Shown here: positions 62,498 through 64,000 of the stretch, one piece after another
Numbering within the stretch: the stretch's first letter is position 1
Layout: each line of letters opens with the position of its first letter
Source: Camelus ferus
Lineage: Eukaryota
Length of the DNA stretch: 64,000 nt
Assembly: GCF_009834535.1 (NCBI RefSeq)
Contig: NC_045697.1
Coordinates: 11,410,001 to 11,474,000, forward strand
Direction of reading: 5' to 3'
Notes under the pieces: generated by a model
What the model was told of the DNA's origin: nothing
Databases searched by the model: none
Seen by the model: only the letters and a program-made list of their open reading frames with translations
Made by a program: the position numbers and the translations under genes

Positions 62498-63066
62498 GAT
62501 AATTGACCTAAGTGTACATGTGAATTTGCCTACTTTTGGTAATTCATGGATTTTTGCAGAGTGTGGAGAATTCTGAGTCATCTGGAGTGCACGTTTCCAG
62601 CTAAGGTCCAAGGAGGTAGTGCTCTGCCTTCTTGTTTCAGCTTTCATATTGTAAACAAATGTCATTTTTAAAGGCTACTTAGTGCCATGTTTTCTGCATT
62701 TTTGTGCTTTTCCTCGGTGATTTGTTGTTCAAAATGGCTCCTGAAGTATGGTGTTAATTTAGTGTTCTTAAGTTCAGCTGGCTGTGATGTGCTTTATGGG
62801 GAAAATACCTGTGTTAGAATAAGCTTCATTCGTTTGCTGGTGGCTGAGTTCGGTGTTGGAGAATCAACAATATACATTAAACAAGGTGTCTTTAAACAAA
62901 AATGCAGATAAAACAAAGTTATACGTTGATTAGTTAACAAACAGTACAGCATGAGGCTTACAGGAAGCTAACTCTATGCTTCCCGCAGGAGCAGTGGCTC
63001 AGTATTCACTAATTCTGTGTTAACAGCGACTTTAGAACATAACAATGGCAAAGGAGAATTGACTTT
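62498..63066 (+). mobile_element. MER82 (TcMar-Tigger) element
   Basis: CTCTGCCTTCTTGTTTCAGCT.TCATA.TGTAAACAA, GGCTGTGATGTGC.TTA.GG.GAAAATA, GAATCAACAATATA.ATTAAA.AAGGTGTCTTTAAACA, CAGTATTCACTAATTC. Confidence 0.8.
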
Positions 63067-63109
63067 ATCTCTCCCCTCCTTCTCTTTCCATTGCCATATA
63101 CTGAGAGGC

Positions 63110-63340
63110 ATCTTAGTATTGTTGAAAAAACATGGACTTCAGAATTAAACAAAACTGGACTTTAATCCAGATTAAATATGTGTGATTTGGGGGCAAGATC
63201 ATTCATCACACTGGGCTTCAATTTTATGATCTGTAAAATAGAAATAACACTAACAGGGTTATAAGCAGGGTTGCTGTGAGGATTAAAGGAAATAACAAAT
63301 GAACACCAATTATTCAGCACATAGTAGGTACTAATTAAAT
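63110..63340 (+). mobile_element. MIR SINE, near full length
   Basis: TGTGTGATTTGGGGGCAAG...ATCTGTAAAATAG...GGGTTGCTGTGAGGATTAAA...GCACATAGTAGGTACT.AT.AAAT. Confidence 0.85.
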
Positions 63341-63449
63341 TAAAGCTACTTTAAAAATATCATCTAAATTTTTGATGTTAAGTATGTCTGGCTAGTGGAA
63401 ATTGTATAATTGTAGATAATCACTTGAATATTTTGAAAGTAAATCTCTT

Positions 63450-63660
63450 TTTTAATTGAAACAATATTTCATGCATATGCTAAAAGCTGAAAAGAAACCA
63501 AAGGGCTTGCGTGAACAGGGAGCCTCTATCTTGCCTCCATCTCCCAGTTGCTCTCCCCAGAGGCGACTACTGTTAACCATTGTATATGTTTCTAGAAGAT
63601 TTAGGTGCAAACACAGGTATTTACAGAAGACTTCAGGACAAATACTTCATTTTAAAAATT
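63450..63660 (-). mobile_element. L1ME-like 3' fragment
   Basis: CTCTCCCCAGAGGCGACTACTGTTAAC..TTGTATAT.TTTCTAGA motif. Confidence 0.55.
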
Positions 63661-64000
63661 AGGAAAAAAGTAAAATTAAAATGATGAGTCCTTACAACTC
63701 TTCAGATTTTAAAAGCGATGGTGATAACAACTCTGGGTTTTTTGCTCTGTGATTTGCCCCTTCAATACAAACGTCCTGCTGGAAGCAGTTAAAAAGTGAG
63801 CTACTTCATTGGTAAAGGGTATTCAACTAGTTCTGGCTCTTTGGGTCCCCCTCCCCTATCCCTGCCATGCTGACTCTCTACCTGTCAACACAATTGATTA
63901 TCTATCTACCTGCAGCCACTACCTCGTTCTTCCTTGCTCTGAGAACTCCCATCACTTCAGATACTCGTTGACAATCTATTCCAAGGGATGACTTATGATT

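Noticed and set aside
1..64000. CRISPR array, operon or prokaryote-type defence system
   Set aside because: The DNA is mammalian, with no regularly spaced repeats and no long ORFs.

Overview
This is mammalian genomic DNA, almost certainly from a camelid (camel, llama or alpaca). Three tRNA-derived Vic-type SINEs, cetartiodactyl-type L1 3' ends and a MER41-like solo LTR are present, and I saw no Alu, BovB/Bov-tA or PRE1. A large share of the window is decayed interspersed repeats (L1, L2, MIR, MaLR/ERVL/ERV1 LTRs, Tigger and hAT DNA elements) separated by repeat-free islands. I recognised no protein-coding gene, RNA gene, CRISPR array or intact transposon; the ORF track is chance ORFs plus broken L1 ORF2 pieces. 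The window looks like a large intron or intergenic region. The most interesting leads are a probable L1 3' transduction inside an MLT1 LTR (about 47.2-47.4 kb), several minus-strand microexon-like splice-site pairs (27969, 35065, 51533, 57203), a dense GATA-site cluster (about 26.1-26.3 kb), a PU.1/KLF/Sp1 cluster (about 44.4 kb) and CpG-retaining ancient repeats. Repeat family names come from recalled consensus motifs, not a database search, and boundaries are approximate. I cannot support a novel multi-gene system from this sequence.
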